Below the pieces are notes generated by a model. It was not told the origin of the DNA and did not search any database. It was given only the letters and a program-made list of their open reading frames with translations. From Trichodelitschia bisporula (taxonomy: Eukaryota): 64,000 nt of DNA. The stretch covers positions 879,933-943,932 of the forward strand of contig ML996692.1 in the NCBI GenBank assembly GCA_010356995.1. Direction: 5' to 3'. The translations under genes were made by a program, and so were the position numbers. Positions 62,255-64,000 of this stretch are shown piece after piece. Position 1 is the stretch's first letter, and each line of letters opens with the position of its first letter.

Positions 62255-64000
62255 GGTGATGTTTGGGTGTGTCGTTCGTCTCAACAGTTCAGCCTTTCCA
62301 TGCTCTTTCTTCCGATAACAAAAGCTGCAATGACGACGGTCTCTCCAGATTAAAGCTCAAGGGAAAATAGCGATTAGACGGCAGGACCAGCTTCCAGAGC
62401 TCAGCAGGTTCGATAAAATACGTCAACTCGCCCCAGGCGGTCGGAATGCGCAAACGATTATCGCAAACGTGAGAGAGGTCGTGAAGTGGCAACCAACGAC
62501 CAAAAAACACAGTCGAAGGAAGAACAAAAAAAGCGGAGAGAGAGGACGAGAGAGGACGAGAGAGGAAGAGATAGGAGAGAGGACGACAACTCCTCTTCGT
62601 AGGGAAAACAGCTGCATACAAAGCGGGGCGGCAAACCCATCCATCGAAGACCAGAAACAGCCTCTCCCCTCCCCCCGCCGCCCAAAGGGCGTCGTCAACG
62701 TCTCACGCCTAGCCCATTTCCCCACGCGCCCAATAGCGCGCCCCGACGGCGCCGCGAGCGCTTGGGGCCCGCAGATCCGGCCGCAGGCCAGTGCCGACCG
62801 TCCACGCGGGCTCCGCTGGGAGGGAGTGTGGTCGGGAGGGGTACGGATGGACTGTTTGGTGGTGGAGAGGGCGCGAGAGGCGTGCCGGGCTTGACCCCGC
62901 GCAGGGCTCGGCGTTAGAGGACTGGCCAGATACGCGCCGCCATTGGGCCCGGGGCCGCCGCGCTCAAACACACCCCGCCCACTGCTGGCATGCCAGGCAC
63001 GGAGAGGGATTGGGGATACGGATATGGGGTGCGTTGCTTGGGGGGTGTGGGTGTGGCTGCGACGGGAGTGATGCTGGAAAGAGTTGGGATGGGGAAGTTT
63101 GCGTCGTGGAGGAGAGAGAGATGTGGAGAAACAGCGAGAAGAGACGGAGGTTCGTGAGGGGGAAGGGACCGGCTCTTTGCGGGGGGGACGTCATGATCGT
63201 TCCCTTTGATAGCGATAGGCACTGCGGAGAGTTTGTGCCTGCATGACACCAGGCCCGATTGACGACGACCATCGCTGCGAGCTGCGAAATCGGCCAGACG
63301 CAGGCCGATGAATTGCAAATCGCGCACGCACTTTGCTGCACGTCGTCAATGGCCCCAAAGACAAGCCTCGTCAGTCCCCGCGCTACACTACTATCCTACC
63401 CAATTTACTCCATCTGATCTGACATGGCTCCTCTCAACCCGCGAGATACCTGCCGCCCACACGCTGGCTCGAACATGCCTCAGCCGCGCCATGTCATCGT
63501 CGACATGTCACCGTCGCATCGTGCAGCCGCTCCCATCGCTTCCGTCGAGCCGAAGGAAAGAGAAAAAAAGAGGCTGCATCGCCTGCCGACCGCGCAAGGC
63601 CGAGATGGCCATCTTCTGCACCTCATTGGCAGACCAGCCAAATACCGTACAACCCCCCCGGCCCATCTCACTCTCTCTCCAACACTCCCCCTTTCAATGA
63701 ACCACTCGGACCACGACAGTCATCCAGAAGCCGACGGACAAGCTCTCCTCTTGCAAGAAACAAAACAGCAATCTGCAGTTCTAGTCTTCTCTAACCCTTC
63801 TGTGCTCTCCTCTAAAACACATCTGACATTCTCTGCTACGGCCCGTCCCATCCCTGCTATCTCCCCCCGCATGTCGCAAGGCCTTGTGCCAGGCCACAGA
63901 GGCTTGGATACCGTAAATGCAGGTCTGGAGCATGCACCTACGCACAGACACACACCCACTGCTGCTCGTGCTCGCAAGGTGGAATTCAAATAGCTGCAAG

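Noticed and set aside
1..64000. CRISPR arrays, intact transposons or prokaryotic operons
   Set aside because: None seen; the DNA is intron-containing fungal sequence with no transposase, RT or integrase motifs.

Overview
Eukaryotic DNA from a filamentous ascomycete (short GT-AG introns with CTRAY branch points; gene set typical of Pezizomycotina, probably a dothideomycete). About 20 protein genes can be built with consistent splice sites and frames. They include MDM12, a GFA/Mss4-like protein, PLAC8, an SDR, a PDK/BCKDK-family kinase, an I9 protease inhibitor, a Clr2-like silencing factor, an S33/TAP-like hydrolase, SYM1, UPF0658, a ferric-reductase-like membrane protein, an amidase and a CNT nucleoside transporter. 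There is also an intron-containing tRNA-Phe(GAA), a 53-aa Cys-rich micro-ORF and several decayed gene fragments. The most notable signal is non-coding: just downstream of MDM12 (about 16980-17710, + strand) the sequence folds by hand into a telomerase-RNA-like pseudoknot and a P5/P6/P6.1 three-way junction. No TTAGGG template lies between it and MDM12; the nearest upstream template-like 8-mer I found is on the far side of MDM12, before a GTAAGT donor. This suggests (unproven) a split telomerase RNA with MDM12 nested in its intron. All calls are by eye; no searches or folding programs were run.
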